NCBI GenBank assembly: GCA_004298435.1
Contig: SCSF01000072.1
Span: 3,271 to 67,270 of the forward strand
Direction of reading: 5' to 3'
Source: Beijerinckiaceae bacterium
GTDB taxonomy: Bacteria > Pseudomonadota > Alphaproteobacteria > Rhizobiales > Beijerinckiaceae
Length of the DNA stretch: 64,000 bases
This document shows, piece by piece, positions 39,588-49,800 of this stretch. Each line of letters opens with the position of its first letter. Positions within the stretch are counted from its first letter, which is position 1. Under the pieces are notes generated by a model. That model had not been told where the DNA came from. It saw only the letters and a list, made by a program, of their open reading frames with translations, and did not search any database. The position numbers were made by a program, and so were the translations under genes.

Positions 39588-42500
39588 TCATGCCAGCTTG
39601 CGGGCAATCACTTCCATCCCGACGCGATGCGTGGTGCTGATCTGATATTCGGCCGGCTCGAACCCGTGGTCGCGCAACAGACGGTAAAGCCGGCTGCGGC
39701 TGAAAAGATGGTAGTGATCGAATTCAGCCCAATGCGGATTTTCTGCCTGCAATTGCGTGAAAAGCTGCGGCTCGCGATTGGGCATGCTGAGAAACAGGGC
39801 GCCGCCGGGACGCAACAGGCGATGCGCGGCTTTGAGCATGTCGCCCGGAAATGCCTGCCGCGGCAGCAGATCGGCGAGGCTTATCACTGCGAAACGTCCA
39901 TCGTCCGAAAGCTCAGCCAAGGTGCCGCAATGAGCTTCAAAACCAAGCCGGCGCAGCGCCGAAACGGCTTTCATGTCCACATCGAGCCCGACGGCTTCAT
40001 AGCCCCATTCGGCTGTGGTCAGGAGAAGCGCGCCGCTGCCGAATGCGACATCGAGCCAGACGCCGTGGGGGACATGGCGCACCATCCGCGCGACTATGGG
40101 CGCCGCAAAGCGGCGACCTTCCTCCAGATCGCTGCAAAGCGCCACTCGTGGCAGGACGTTTGCCAAATCCTCCGGGGCGAAATGGCCGTCGGCAAAGGTG
40201 TGGCCGCAGGATTTGCAGCTACGCCACGCGATGTCGCGTGGCAGGTCCGGCCGGTAGTGCGGATGTGCGCCAGCATCAGCGGTGAGGACAGGCGTCGAAT
40301 CGGCCCCACCACACAGCGGACAGGCGGCATAGGGAGTCCGCGCGATCCCCTCCGGGCGATCGGGCGCAAGAGCTTCGACTGAGAAAGCTTGCGGCGGCTT
40401 GCCGTCCGCCCAGATGTCCCACATCCGAAGATAGGCGGCTTCGAGGTGGCGGGCGTAACGGCGTGCGTCGAAGAGCGGTGCGTTCAGACGGTTCGCCGCG
40501 AGCTTGCGCCGCAAGCCTGCAAGAAGCTCCGGCTCCCGCGCGAGCCGCAAAGCGAGCGCCTCATAGTCCTCGGCTGAGTACGTCACGAGTTCCGGCAGGC
40601 CGATCGCATGCAGAAGGCTTGCCGCGACACGGCCTGCGAAAGTCTCGCCGATCAGCGTGAGAACCGGCAGCCCGGCCCAAAGCGCATCGCTTGTCGTTGT
40701 ATGCGCGTTGTAGGGAAGGCAATCGAGAAACAGATCGGCCAGCCTCTGACGGGCGAGATGATCCGTCGGTCCGGTCCGCGGCGCGAAGACGAGGCGGCCC
40801 GGATCGATGCCGCGCTGCATGGCCTCTCTCTGGAGATTGGCTTTCACCTGCGCGTTGGCGTCGAACAGCCACAGAACGCTGCCCGGAACAGCGGCGAGGA
40901 GCCGCATCCAGATGGTGAAAAAACGCGGCGTGAGTTTGTAGCTGTTGTTGAAACAGCAGAAGACAAAGCCGCGTTCCGGCAGGCCGCAATCGGCGCGCGA
41001 GGGCGTGAGATCGGCAATCCGCCGCTGCGAATCGTTCGGCTGGTAGCAATCGGGCAGATGGACAATCTTTTCATCGTAGAAGGGCTGCTGATCCATCGGC
41101 ACAGCGATGGGATCGGCAATGACATAATCGATGAAGTCGCAGCCCATGCTGCCCGGATAACCGAGGTAATTCACCTGAATGGGCGCTGGCCGATGCGCCG
41201 CGATTTCGCTCCGCGCAAGCTGCGTATAGCCCTTGAGTTCGACCAGAATATCGATCCCGTCCGCGTGGATGCGCTGCGCCGCCTGACGATCATCGAGGTT
41301 GCGAAGATCGATGAAGGCATCGAACGCCTGGCCGAGCCGATAGCGCATTTCGCTGCAATCATCCATGCCATGCGAATAGGCGATGATTTCGAAGCGCGTC
41401 CGGTCGTGCCGCTCAAACAGTTCCGCCATCAGATGCGCGGTGGCGTGACGGTGGAAATCGCCTGACAGATAGCCGATCCTGAGTTTTCGCGTCAGGGCCT
41501 TCTCGGCCGGCGGCTTGTGGGCGAAGCAGCGCTGCGCATGCAGCGCGCCTGACCAGAGCCGCGCGACCTCCAATTGCGTTTGGGCGGATGACTCCATGCT
41601 GAGAAAAGCAAAGGGCGGCAGCCTGTCCTTGCAACCCGCCACGCGCGCGAGAAGGCTTGCTTCCTCCTCTTTGATCCCATCCCAATCACAGGCTGCGCGG
41701 CGCTGGTGAAAGAGCTGGACCTCGACGCCTATGAGAGTTGGATCCAGCGATACGGCTTTGGCGTAGGCCTCCCGCGCCTCTGCCGGCCTTTGTGCAAGCT
41801 CGTAGGCAGCGCCGATATTGCAATAGGTTTGCGCGATCGATGGATTGATCGCGATCGCTTCGCGGTAGGCGTCGATCGCGTCCTCAAATGCGCCTTGCCG
41901 GAGAAGAAGATTGCCGAGATTGCACCAGGCTTCAGCAAAACGGGGCTGCAAGGCAATCGCCTGCCGAAAGGCGTCGATTGCCTCGCCGGTGCGCAAGAGT
42001 TCGCGCAATATATTACCGGCGCAGAAGTATGGACGCGCTGCCTCGGGCCGCTTGTCGACAATGGCGTCGCAGACAGCAAGCCCTTCCTCATAGCGTTTCA
42101 GCTTGCGCAGAAGATCGGCGGCGTTGGTATGCGCCTCGATGAAATGTGGATCGAGACGACAGGCTTCGCTGTAGGCGGCGAGCGCGGCCTCAGCGTCGCC
42201 CTGATCTTCACGCACATTGCCGAGATTCGAGTAGGCTGCCGCAAAGCGGGGATCGATTGCGATGGCTGTCTCGGCGCTGGCCGCCGCTGCGGCGAAATCG
42301 CCAGTCGCACGAAAGATTGCGGCGAGATTGGAGTGGGCCTGGGCATAGTCCGGCTTCAGCGCAATCGCCTTCTGGACGTGTTCGGCTGCTGTCGCGTGGT
42401 CCGCATGGACATGCGCGATGAGCCCGAGATGATGCCAGGCCCCTGCGTTTTCAGGCTCCGCGTCGATGACGCGGAGATAAAGCTCGCGCGCTCTGGCGAA

Positions 42501-42599
42501 ATTCCCTGCGGCATGAAATTCGAGCGCGCTGCGCAAGAGATCATCGCCGGACAAAGCGGCGGGCGCGTTCTCTACCACGGAACTTGCCGTGCGGGTCAT
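39588..42599 (-). CDS. TPR + O-GlcNAc-transferase (SPINDLY/GT41) + Zn-ribbon/class I methyltransferase fusion
   Basis: About 8 TPRs; RIGYLSGDFHRHAT, FCCFNNSYK, DLFLDCLPYNAHTT; CPLC...CKSC; WLDVAFGSG. Confidence 0.88.
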   Translation of the reverse strand: MTRTASSVVENAPAALSGDDLLRSALEFHAAGNFARARELYLRVIDAEPENAGAWHHLGLIAHVHADHATAAEHVQKAIALKPDYAQAHSNLAAIFRATGDFAAAAASAETAIAIDPRFAAAYSNLGNVREDQGDAEAALAAYSEACRLDPHFIEAHTNAADLLRKLKRYEEGLAVCDAIVDKRPEAARPYFCAGNILRELLRTGEAIDAFRQAIALQPRFAEAWCNLGNLLLRQGAFEDAIDAYREAIAINPSIAQTYCNIGAAYELAQRPAEAREAYAKAVSLDPTLIGVEVQLFHQRRAACDWDGIKEEEASLLARVAGCKDRLPPFAFLSMESSAQTQLEVARLWSGALHAQRCFAHKPPAEKALTRKLRIGYLSGDFHRHATAHLMAELFERHDRTRFEIIAYSHGMDDCSEMRYRLGQAFDAFIDLRNLDDRQAAQRIHADGIDILVELKGYTQLARSEIAAHRPAPIQVNYLGYPGSMGCDFIDYVIADPIAVPMDQQPFYDEKIVHLPDCYQPNDSQRRIADLTPSRADCGLPERGFVFCCFNNSYKLTPRFFTIWMRLLAAVPGSVLWLFDANAQVKANLQREAMQRGIDPGRLVFAPRTGPTDHLARQRLADLFLDCLPYNAHTTTSDALWAGLPVLTLIGETFAGRVAASLLHAIGLPELVTYSAEDYEALALRLAREPELLAGLRRKLAANRLNAPLFDARRYARHLEAAYLRMWDIWADGKPPQAFSVEALAPDRPEGIARTPYAACPLCGGADSTPVLTADAGAHPHYRPDLPRDIAWRSCKSCGHTFADGHFAPEDLANVLPRVALCSDLEEGRRFAAPIVARMVRHVPHGVWLDVAFGSGALLLTTAEWGYEAVGLDVDMKAVSALRRLGFEAHCGTLAELSDDGRFAVISLADLLPRQAFPGDMLKAAHRLLRPGGALFLSMPNREPQLFTQLQAENPHWAEFDHYHLFSRSRLYRLLRDHGFEPAEYQISTTHRVGMEVIARKLA

Positions 42600-42683
42600 T
42601 GGATGGGCCTGCGAAGATACAGATCCCAGCATTTAATACGACGCTGCTTGCGCGAAACCTGCCGGCAGCTTCAGTTCCGCGAT

Positions 42684-42902
42684 TCAGGCGATGATGTCCG
42701 GCGTCAACTGGTCTTCGATCTGGGAGACCCTGTCACGCAGAACCAGCTTGCGTTTTTTCAACCGTTGGATCTGGAGGCGGTCGGCCGTCGGAAGGTCGAT
42801 CAAGGCCGCGATCGCGGAGTCGAGATCGCGATGCTCCTCACGCAAATGCTCGAGTTCCGCGCACAAGGCGGCGTGTTCTTCCCCGCTCAGTTTTTCAGTC
42901 AT
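42684..42902 (-). CDS. DUF465/YdcH-like small protein
   Basis: EHRDLDSAI...QRLKKRKLVLRD...DIIA. Confidence 0.88.
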   Translation of the reverse strand: MTEKLSGEEHAALCAELEHLREEHRDLDSAIAALIDLPTADRLQIQRLKKRKLVLRDRVSQIEDQLTPDIIA

Positions 42903-42948
42903 GAATCGCGAATCCTCGACTGCCGTTGGGCAGGCCTTGCCGGTCTAT

Positions 42949-42993
42949 GAGCATTTCAGCAAAAACGGAAACCGTTTGCATCTGAAAACACTC
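42949..42993. repeat. Palindromic intergenic element (Bru-RS/rhizobial-type, from recall)
   Basis: GAGCATTTCAGCAAAAACGGAAACCGTTTGCATCTGAAAACACTC hairpin. Confidence 0.5.
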
Positions 42994-43135
42994 CGGCGTT
43001 TCGCAATTCGAGCCTTGGCAGGGTCGAAGCAAGCCAAACCGAACCCAACCGCGCGGCTCCCGGCACCGATATATAGGCGAAAGAAGGTTAATGCGATTTC
43101 GCTTTCTGGAGCAATTGGATAACAGATTTGCCGCC

Positions 43136-44320
43136 TCAATGCGGCGGCCAGGCGAAGTCATCGGCGCGGCCGGGCTTCGGCGCAAGCGCATCGCCCTTGA
43201 CGAAGGTTTGCTCTGCGAGGCTATGCGCCTCGTTCGTAGATGCAGGAGACGTGGCGAGCGTGCCCTCTGGCGCGAGCACCGGCCCAGTCAATGGCAGGAC
43301 AGGCCCGATTGGCGGTTTGACGGGGGCGGCTTTGATGGCGTTCGGCACGCTCGTTCCGGCAGGCGCAGTCGTCTCTATCTTTGCCAGAGTGGCGTCGTCC
43401 TTCGGTTTGCTGGCCTCGTAGAGCTGCCGTATTTCGGTCTCAACGAACTGGGCGAGTTTGCGCGCGCCCGCCTTGGTGAAATGGATGCCGTCACTGGTGC
43501 GCAGCCGGACCACTTGTCCCGTAACATTCGGACCATAGACGCTGAAACGGCCGTTCTCGTCGCCGAAGGCATCCCAGATATCGACGAAGGTCGCGCCGGC
43601 TTTCGCGACATGGTCGCGATAAATGTCATTGAACGACGCCATTTCCGAGGACAGACGGTCGCTTTTCATAATCGGAAGGCCAACCCACAAAAGCGGAATT
43701 TTGGCATCGTGGAAGAGTTTGCAGATCGTCTCGACCCGCTGTGCATAAATCTCGGCCCACTTCGGCGAGCCAGGCTCATAGGTCACGCCATCGACGCGCA
43801 ACGGTTGATGGTCGTTGCTGCCGATCAGGATCACGGCGACATTGATCTTCTGGCCGCTGGCGAGGAGATCTTTCACTGCCTTTGGCCAATCGTAGAAATC
43901 GTCGCGGACAAGACCTGAACTGTCATGCGTCTTGCGGAGAACGGCGATCTCCGGCCGATCCGCCAGCTCCTCCGTCAGTCCCTGGTCGAGCATCTGACCA
44001 AGCGAGTCACCAAGAACGGCGACGAAGAAGCTCGGCGGCACTGTCGGCTTCGGCGCGGCCTTTGCCACGGGATGCTGGACTCTGGGCTTGACCCGGTGGC
44101 GCGGCTGCTGGCGCATGCGGTAGTCATAGCCCTGCGGCTGCCGCGGCCGGGGCGCCATCTGCTGGAACCAGTTGAAAAGATTGAAACCCTGTGCGGCGGC
44201 CGGCGTCGCAAACGAAAGCGACAGCAAGGCCAGAAGCACGAGTTGCAGAATCGAGAAGCGGCCAAGGTGGCATGGCCTTCCGCGGACATCCGTGACCATT
44301 GGCAAAAATGGTTTGGTCAT
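43136..44320 (-). CDS. DUF459/SGNH-GDSL family exported protein (start uncertain)
   Basis: VLGDSL, SSGLVRDDFYDW, IGSND, DGIHFT. Confidence 0.88.
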   Translation of the reverse strand: MTKPFLPMVTDVRGRPCHLGRFSILQLVLLALLSLSFATPAAAQGFNLFNWFQQMAPRPRQPQGYDYRMRQQPRHRVKPRVQHPVAKAAPKPTVPPSFFVAVLGDSLGQMLDQGLTEELADRPEIAVLRKTHDSSGLVRDDFYDWPKAVKDLLASGQKINVAVILIGSNDHQPLRVDGVTYEPGSPKWAEIYAQRVETICKLFHDAKIPLLWVGLPIMKSDRLSSEMASFNDIYRDHVAKAGATFVDIWDAFGDENGRFSVYGPNVTGQVVRLRTSDGIHFTKAGARKLAQFVETEIRQLYEASKPKDDATLAKIETTAPAGTSVPNAIKAAPVKPPIGPVLPLTGPVLAPEGTLATSPASTNEAHSLAEQTFVKGDALAPKPGRADDFAWPPH

Positions 44321-44381
44321 CCGGGCATTATCGCCTTTTTGGCGGTCCCTGTCATGCCCAGTATCGGTTCGGGGTGGCAAG

Positions 44382-45533
44382 TCAGCGGGGCGTCAGCACA
44401 CCCATCCAGCTCGCATAAAACAGGACCAATCCGAAAACGAGCACGCAGAGAGCCGCGCCGACCTCAATCGCCTGTGCCACAAGCCGAGCCCAGAGCGATT
44501 GCCGCCGCCCGGCGAGCCTTACCGCGAGCTTTTTGCCGAACACCGCAATTATCGCGAGCCCGGATGTCGTTACCGCCGTGCCGAGCGCGATCGCGATCAC
44601 GGTGGCGACGCCGATGGGGAATATGCCTTGCGCCAGGGAAAACACGAGGACGAGGATCGCTCCCGCGCAAGGCCGCGCGCCGGCGGTGACAATAGTCAGC
44701 GCCGCGGATTTTAATGAAAAACTGTCGCCGAGTTGACGGGGATCGAGAGCAAGGACGTGCCCGCATTGCGGTCCGCAATCCTCTCCATGATCTGTTGCAT
44801 CGACCGCCGATGTTGCGCGAAACAGCGAGCTTTGCCGCTGGACGTCGCCGCGCTGCGGCACGTTTGCAAAAGCGCTCAAAACCGCCGGAGCCATTGCTGT
44901 GTCGACGCTGCCGGTCGCTGCCAGTTCCGCTGGCTGACGCCGCCATCGCGGTGCGGATTGCGCCAGTGCCGCGCGGATGCTGCGCAGGAGCGACGAACCT
45001 TTGCGCACGACAAGCATGACGCCAAGAAGGATGATGCCGCAATAAGCTGCGAGTTCGAGCGCATGCGCAGTCGCCGTCATGCGTTGCGCCGTCGCATTGA
45101 AGATCAGCGCGGCGCAGCCGATGGCGACGATGGCGACGAGGCCTTGCAGCAGCGCCGCGAGAAACGAAATGACAATTCCACGCCGCAACGCACGTTCGTT
45201 CGAGACCATATAGGAGGTGATGACGGCTTTGCCGTGCCCCGGCCCCGCGGCATGGAACACGCCATATGCAAAGCCAAGCGCTATGAGGCCCGCAAGGGCA
45301 AGGGCGCTATGTCTCGCGCTTGCCAACCCATGTTCGAGCAGAAGATAGAAGCGGCTTTCCTGACCGATGATCCATGCGGAGAGACCCGACACGCTGCCCA
45401 CCGCGCCTTCCTGGGCGCCGACGGAAAAGGGATGGCGAAAGGCTTGCGCGGCCGCAGGAGTGGCAAGGAAGAAAGTGTCAAGACAGAAGCAGAGCGCCAG
45501 CCCAATCGTCTGGAATCTTGCGTCCTGTTTCAT
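44382..45533 (-). CDS. Nickel/cobalt transporter family (RcnA/ZevB-like)
   Basis: YGVFHAAGPGHGKAVI, GARPCAGAILVL. Confidence 0.9.
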   Translation of the reverse strand: MKQDARFQTIGLALCFCLDTFFLATPAAAQAFRHPFSVGAQEGAVGSVSGLSAWIIGQESRFYLLLEHGLASARHSALALAGLIALGFAYGVFHAAGPGHGKAVITSYMVSNERALRRGIVISFLAALLQGLVAIVAIGCAALIFNATAQRMTATAHALELAAYCGIILLGVMLVVRKGSSLLRSIRAALAQSAPRWRRQPAELAATGSVDTAMAPAVLSAFANVPQRGDVQRQSSLFRATSAVDATDHGEDCGPQCGHVLALDPRQLGDSFSLKSAALTIVTAGARPCAGAILVLVFSLAQGIFPIGVATVIAIALGTAVTTSGLAIIAVFGKKLAVRLAGRRQSLWARLVAQAIEVGAALCVLVFGLVLFYASWMGVLTPR

Positions 45534-45582
45534 AAAGCCGCTCCGGGTTGACGAAGAGGGGTATCTTGCTGCGGATGCAGCA

Positions 45583-46308
45583 TCAGGGGCAGGCGACGAC
45601 GACGCGGCTCGCCATTTTCATTCCGAAATTGGCGCCCGGAGAGAGGTTGGCGAAAAACGCTTCCGATAATTTTTTGGCCTGCTCGGCATTCAGCGGGTCG
45701 GCGCCATAGACATTCACCGAACAGCCTTTTGGCGCATTGACGAGCCCGACAGGGTTCTTGTTTCGCAGCGAGTAGGCGACGAAATAGGTCGGGTCGTAAA
45801 CCTGGAAGGTGAAGAAGTTCTTGGCGCTGGCTGGCGTCTTCAGCGGCATGGTGAAATGCATGGCAACGAGCTTGTCGGGCCGTTCTTCGAGCCAATAATC
45901 GGTCGGCTTGTCGAACCGCACCTTGACGCCGCCTGATTTGGCGAAAGTGAAATAGTTGAACTCAGCGAGAGACTCGACATTGGTTTTGGCGAGAGGCGCC
46001 AATTGTGCGCGCGTTGCCAGCGCGCCATTCTTCGTGAGGCCGGTCGTCACGAAGGCCGAATACATCTGGTCGAAGATCCAGCTATGGATGATCGCCGTCA
46101 CCTCGCCTTTCGGGTTGAACACAACCTGCTCGTAACCGCTGATCCAGACATGCGGATGCGCGAGAGAGGGTGTCGGGTCGCAGATGGCCGCCAACGCAGC
46201 CGAAATCATTGCTGCTGAGATCAGGAAGGATTGCCTCAGCCTTTCCTGCTTCGATTTTTTCCAGCCTGGTGCAGCGAAGCCGACCGGCTGACACAAAATG
46301 GCGCGCAA
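45583..46308 (-). CDS. DUF1007-family periplasmic protein (ZevA-like)
   Basis: AHPHVWI, W.FDQMYS, YDPTYFVA; upstream of the NiCo transporter. Confidence 0.88.
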   Translation of the reverse strand: MRAILCQPVGFAAPGWKKSKQERLRQSFLISAAMISAALAAICDPTPSLAHPHVWISGYEQVVFNPKGEVTAIIHSWIFDQMYSAFVTTGLTKNGALATRAQLAPLAKTNVESLAEFNYFTFAKSGGVKVRFDKPTDYWLEERPDKLVAMHFTMPLKTPASAKNFFTFQVYDPTYFVAYSLRNKNPVGLVNAPKGCSVNVYGADPLNAEQAKKLSEAFFANLSPGANFGMKMASRVVVACP

Positions 46309-46491
46309 GAGAAACCTCAGTCAGCTTTTGGCGAGGCGACTCGCGACGACTTGGCAAAGCGGGGGAAGTTGGACTAAAAACTCAGGCCAAAGCGAGGCAG
46401 GGCCATCGTTCTTTCGCACAAAGCTGCCTCAGTTTCGCGTGAAGAGAGCGTGCCAAAACAGGAAAACGGTGCGGCTGGGCATCGCCTCTAT

Positions 46492-46607
46492 AGATCACGA
46501 TGTGTTCAGCCAGGACAGGCCTGAACACATATAACGTGATCGATTCCAATAAATTAGAGCGGGATTTTTTGCGAAAAACCGGTATCCACTTTTTCGCATC
46601 CCGCTCT
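46492..46607. repeat. Composite palindromic intergenic element
   Basis: GATCACGATGTGTTCAG...CTGAACACAT...CGTGATC hairpin, then AGAGCGGGAT...ACCGGT...ATCCCGCTCT hairpin. Confidence 0.7.
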
Positions 46608-46881
46608 GGGCTCTGGTTGCGGAATTTGCGGGCGTTTTGGAACGCTGGCGCCAATTCCAGCTTTTCCCCAGGTAGTTGTGTTTCGCGCTCGCGCGTGCGC
46701 GATCCCATTGTTGTGATTAGGGTTCGTTGTTGATCACAAATTGCTTCCTTAAACAGACAGTTGTCAAATATCGCGGAGTTTCTGTCCCAAGCGGCGCTTG
46801 TGCTGGACTATTGGTCCTTCTCAACTATACCGGAGTTGCGCCGGCAGGCAGGGGATTTCCCTTGCGGTGGAGGGCGAGGCG

Positions 46882-49800
46882 ATGGCAGCTTTGATCAAGG
46901 CGCGAGACGGCACGTTCGACGCACCTCGGTCGGTTTCGTCCAATTCGTCCGTATCCGTTTCGCTCGACGACAAATACGATCTCGACCAGTCGCGGGTCTT
47001 TATCTCCGGCCCGCAAGCGATCGTGCGGCTGTTGCTTACCCAGAAAGAGTTGGACCAGCGAGCAGGGCTGCACACTGCCGGCTTTGTTTCTGGCTATCGC
47101 GGCTCGCCGCTCGGCGGTATCGATCTGACGATTGCCCGCGCCGGCGAACGACTTTCCGGGGCCGACATCAACTTTCAGCCTGGCCTCAATGAAGACCTTG
47201 CCGCGACCGCGATATGGGGCGCGCAGCAGGCCGAAATGCGCGGCGAAGGCCGCTATGATGGCGTTTTCGGTCTCTGGTACGGCAAAGGGCCTGGCGTCGA
47301 TCGTTCCGGCGATGTTCTGCGACACGTTAATCTCGCCGGCACGTCGCGCTTCGGCGGCGTGCTTGCTCTTGTCGGCGATGATCATACTGCGGAATCCTCG
47401 ACGACCGCGCACCAGTCGGAATTTGCGCTCGTCGATGTGATGATGCCGATCCTGTCGCCGTCTGGTGTGCGGGAGCTGATCGATTATGGCCTTTATGGCT
47501 ATGCGATGAGCCGCTTCACCGGTACATGGGTCGGTATCAAGGTTGTGAAAGAGACGATCGAATCGATGGGCTCCATCGAAGCGGGTCTCGACCGGGTGCG
47601 GCCGCTGCTGCCAACCGATTTTGCGATGCCTTTGGGCGGCCTCAATATCCGGCCGAACGATCCTGTGCTTGAGCAGGAAATGCGATTGCAGACGCAGAAG
47701 CGCGACGCAATGCTCGCCTTCCTGCGGGTCAATCAACTCAATCGCATCATTACCTCGGGCGGACGCAAGCCCCGGCTCGGCATCATCACGACGGGCAAAT
47801 CCTATCTCGATGTGCGTCAGGCGCTTGACGAACTCGGCATAGACGAGATTCGCGCCAATGATTATGGGTTGCGGCTATACAAGATTGCCTGCCCGTGGCC
47901 GCTTGAGCCGCAAGGCTTGCGCGCCTTCGCGCAAGGTCTCGAAAAAATCATTGTTGTCGAGGAGAAGCGCTCGCTGATCGAGACGCAGCTTCGCGAGGAG
48001 CTTTATGGCGGCAGTGAGCAGCCGGTCTGCATCGGCAAGAAGGACGAAAAGGGCCAGTGGCTCTTCCCGGTGACAGGGGCACTCGATCCAAACGATATAG
48101 CCATTGCGATCGGCCGCAGGCTTCTCGACTATGTGCAGAACGACGCGCTTCAACAGCGCATCGAGAGACTGGAGCGCGCGCAGAAATCTCTCTCGGAAAC
48201 GAGAGACGTTGCGACTCGCACGTCCTATTTTTGCTCGGGCTGCCCGCACAACAGCTCGACGAAAGTGCCGGACGGCATGCGCGCCTATGCGGGCATCGGC
48301 TGCCATTACATGGTTCAGAAAATGGACCGCGCCACCGAAGGCTATACGCAGATGGGGGGCGAAGGCGCTAACTGGATCGGCGAAGCGCCCTTCTCGACGC
48401 GCGAGCACATCATCCAGAATCTCGGCGACGGCACTTATAATCACTCCGGCATACTGGCGTTGCGCTGGGCCGCCGACACGGGCGTCAACATCACCTTCAA
48501 GATCTTGTTCAACGATGCCGTGGCGATGACCGGTGGGCAGAGCCATGAAGGTGCTTTGACGGTCGATATGATCGCCCGGCAGGTCGCAGCCGAACGCGTC
48601 CATAAAATCGTGCTCGTGACCGACGAGCCGGATAAATATCCGGCTGGTACGGACTGGCCGAACGGTTTGACGATCAAGCACCGTGACGAACTTGACGTGG
48701 TGCAGAGGGAACTCGCGGAAATCCGTGGCACAACGGTCCTCATCTATGACCAAACTTGTGCCGCCGAAAAGCGTCGCCGCCGTAAGCGCGGGCTTTATCC
48801 AGATCCGGACAAACGGGTTTTCATCAATACGCGTGTTTGCGAAGGCTGCGGCGATTGCGGAAAAGCATCGAATTGCGTTTCCGTTCAACCGGTCGAGACT
48901 GAATACGGCCGCAAGCGCATGATCGATCAATCGAGCTGCAACAAGGATTTTGCCTGCCTTGATGGATTTTGCCCGGCTTTCGTCACGCTGCATGGCGCTG
49001 CTCCGAAGCGGGTAGAGGCTGAGACGGAAGTCAACGATTATTTCCCGCCGCTGCCAGATCCCGTTCTGCCGTCGCTCGGCGAGCGGCCTTTCTCGATCCT
49101 CGTCGCGGGCGTCGGCGGCACCGGCGTCGTGACGATCGGCGCGCTTCTCGGAATGGCGGCTCATATCGAGGGCAAGGGCTGCGGCTCGGTCGATATGGCG
49201 GGGCTCGCGCAAAAAGGCGGCACCGTCTACAGCCATGTAAAGATCGCGTCGAAACCTGAGGATATTCAGGCAATCAGCATCAGCGCCGGCGGCGCCGATC
49301 TCGTGCTTGGCTGCGACCTTGTCGTCTCGGGGACAGCGAAAGTTCTTGCTTCGATTCGCTCAGGAGAAACCGGCGTCATCGTCAACACGGCGGAGGTCTA
49401 TTCCGGCGAATTCACGCGCGACGCCGATTTCGCGCTTCCGAGCGACCGCATCGTGGAAACCATCCGCAAGGCGGCGGGCGATGCCGCGGCCTTTTGCGAT
49501 GCGATGGAAATCGCAACGGTTTTGCTAGGGTCGTCGCTCTGCACGAACATGCTTCTTCTGGGCTATGCCTGGCAGCGTGGATTCGTGCCGCTTTCCGAAG
49601 CGGCGCTGTTTGCCGCCATCGCGCTGAACGGCGAAGCGGTCGAGATGAACAGGCAGGCCTTCACATGGGGGCGGCGCGCGGCGTTCGCCCCGGAGCGCGT
49701 TGCTGCGATTCTCTCTCGCGCGAAGAAGCCGCCGGAAGAGCAGCGCTTATCGCAAACGCTCGCAGAAATCGTCGAGCGCCGCTGCGCCGATCTAACGGCC

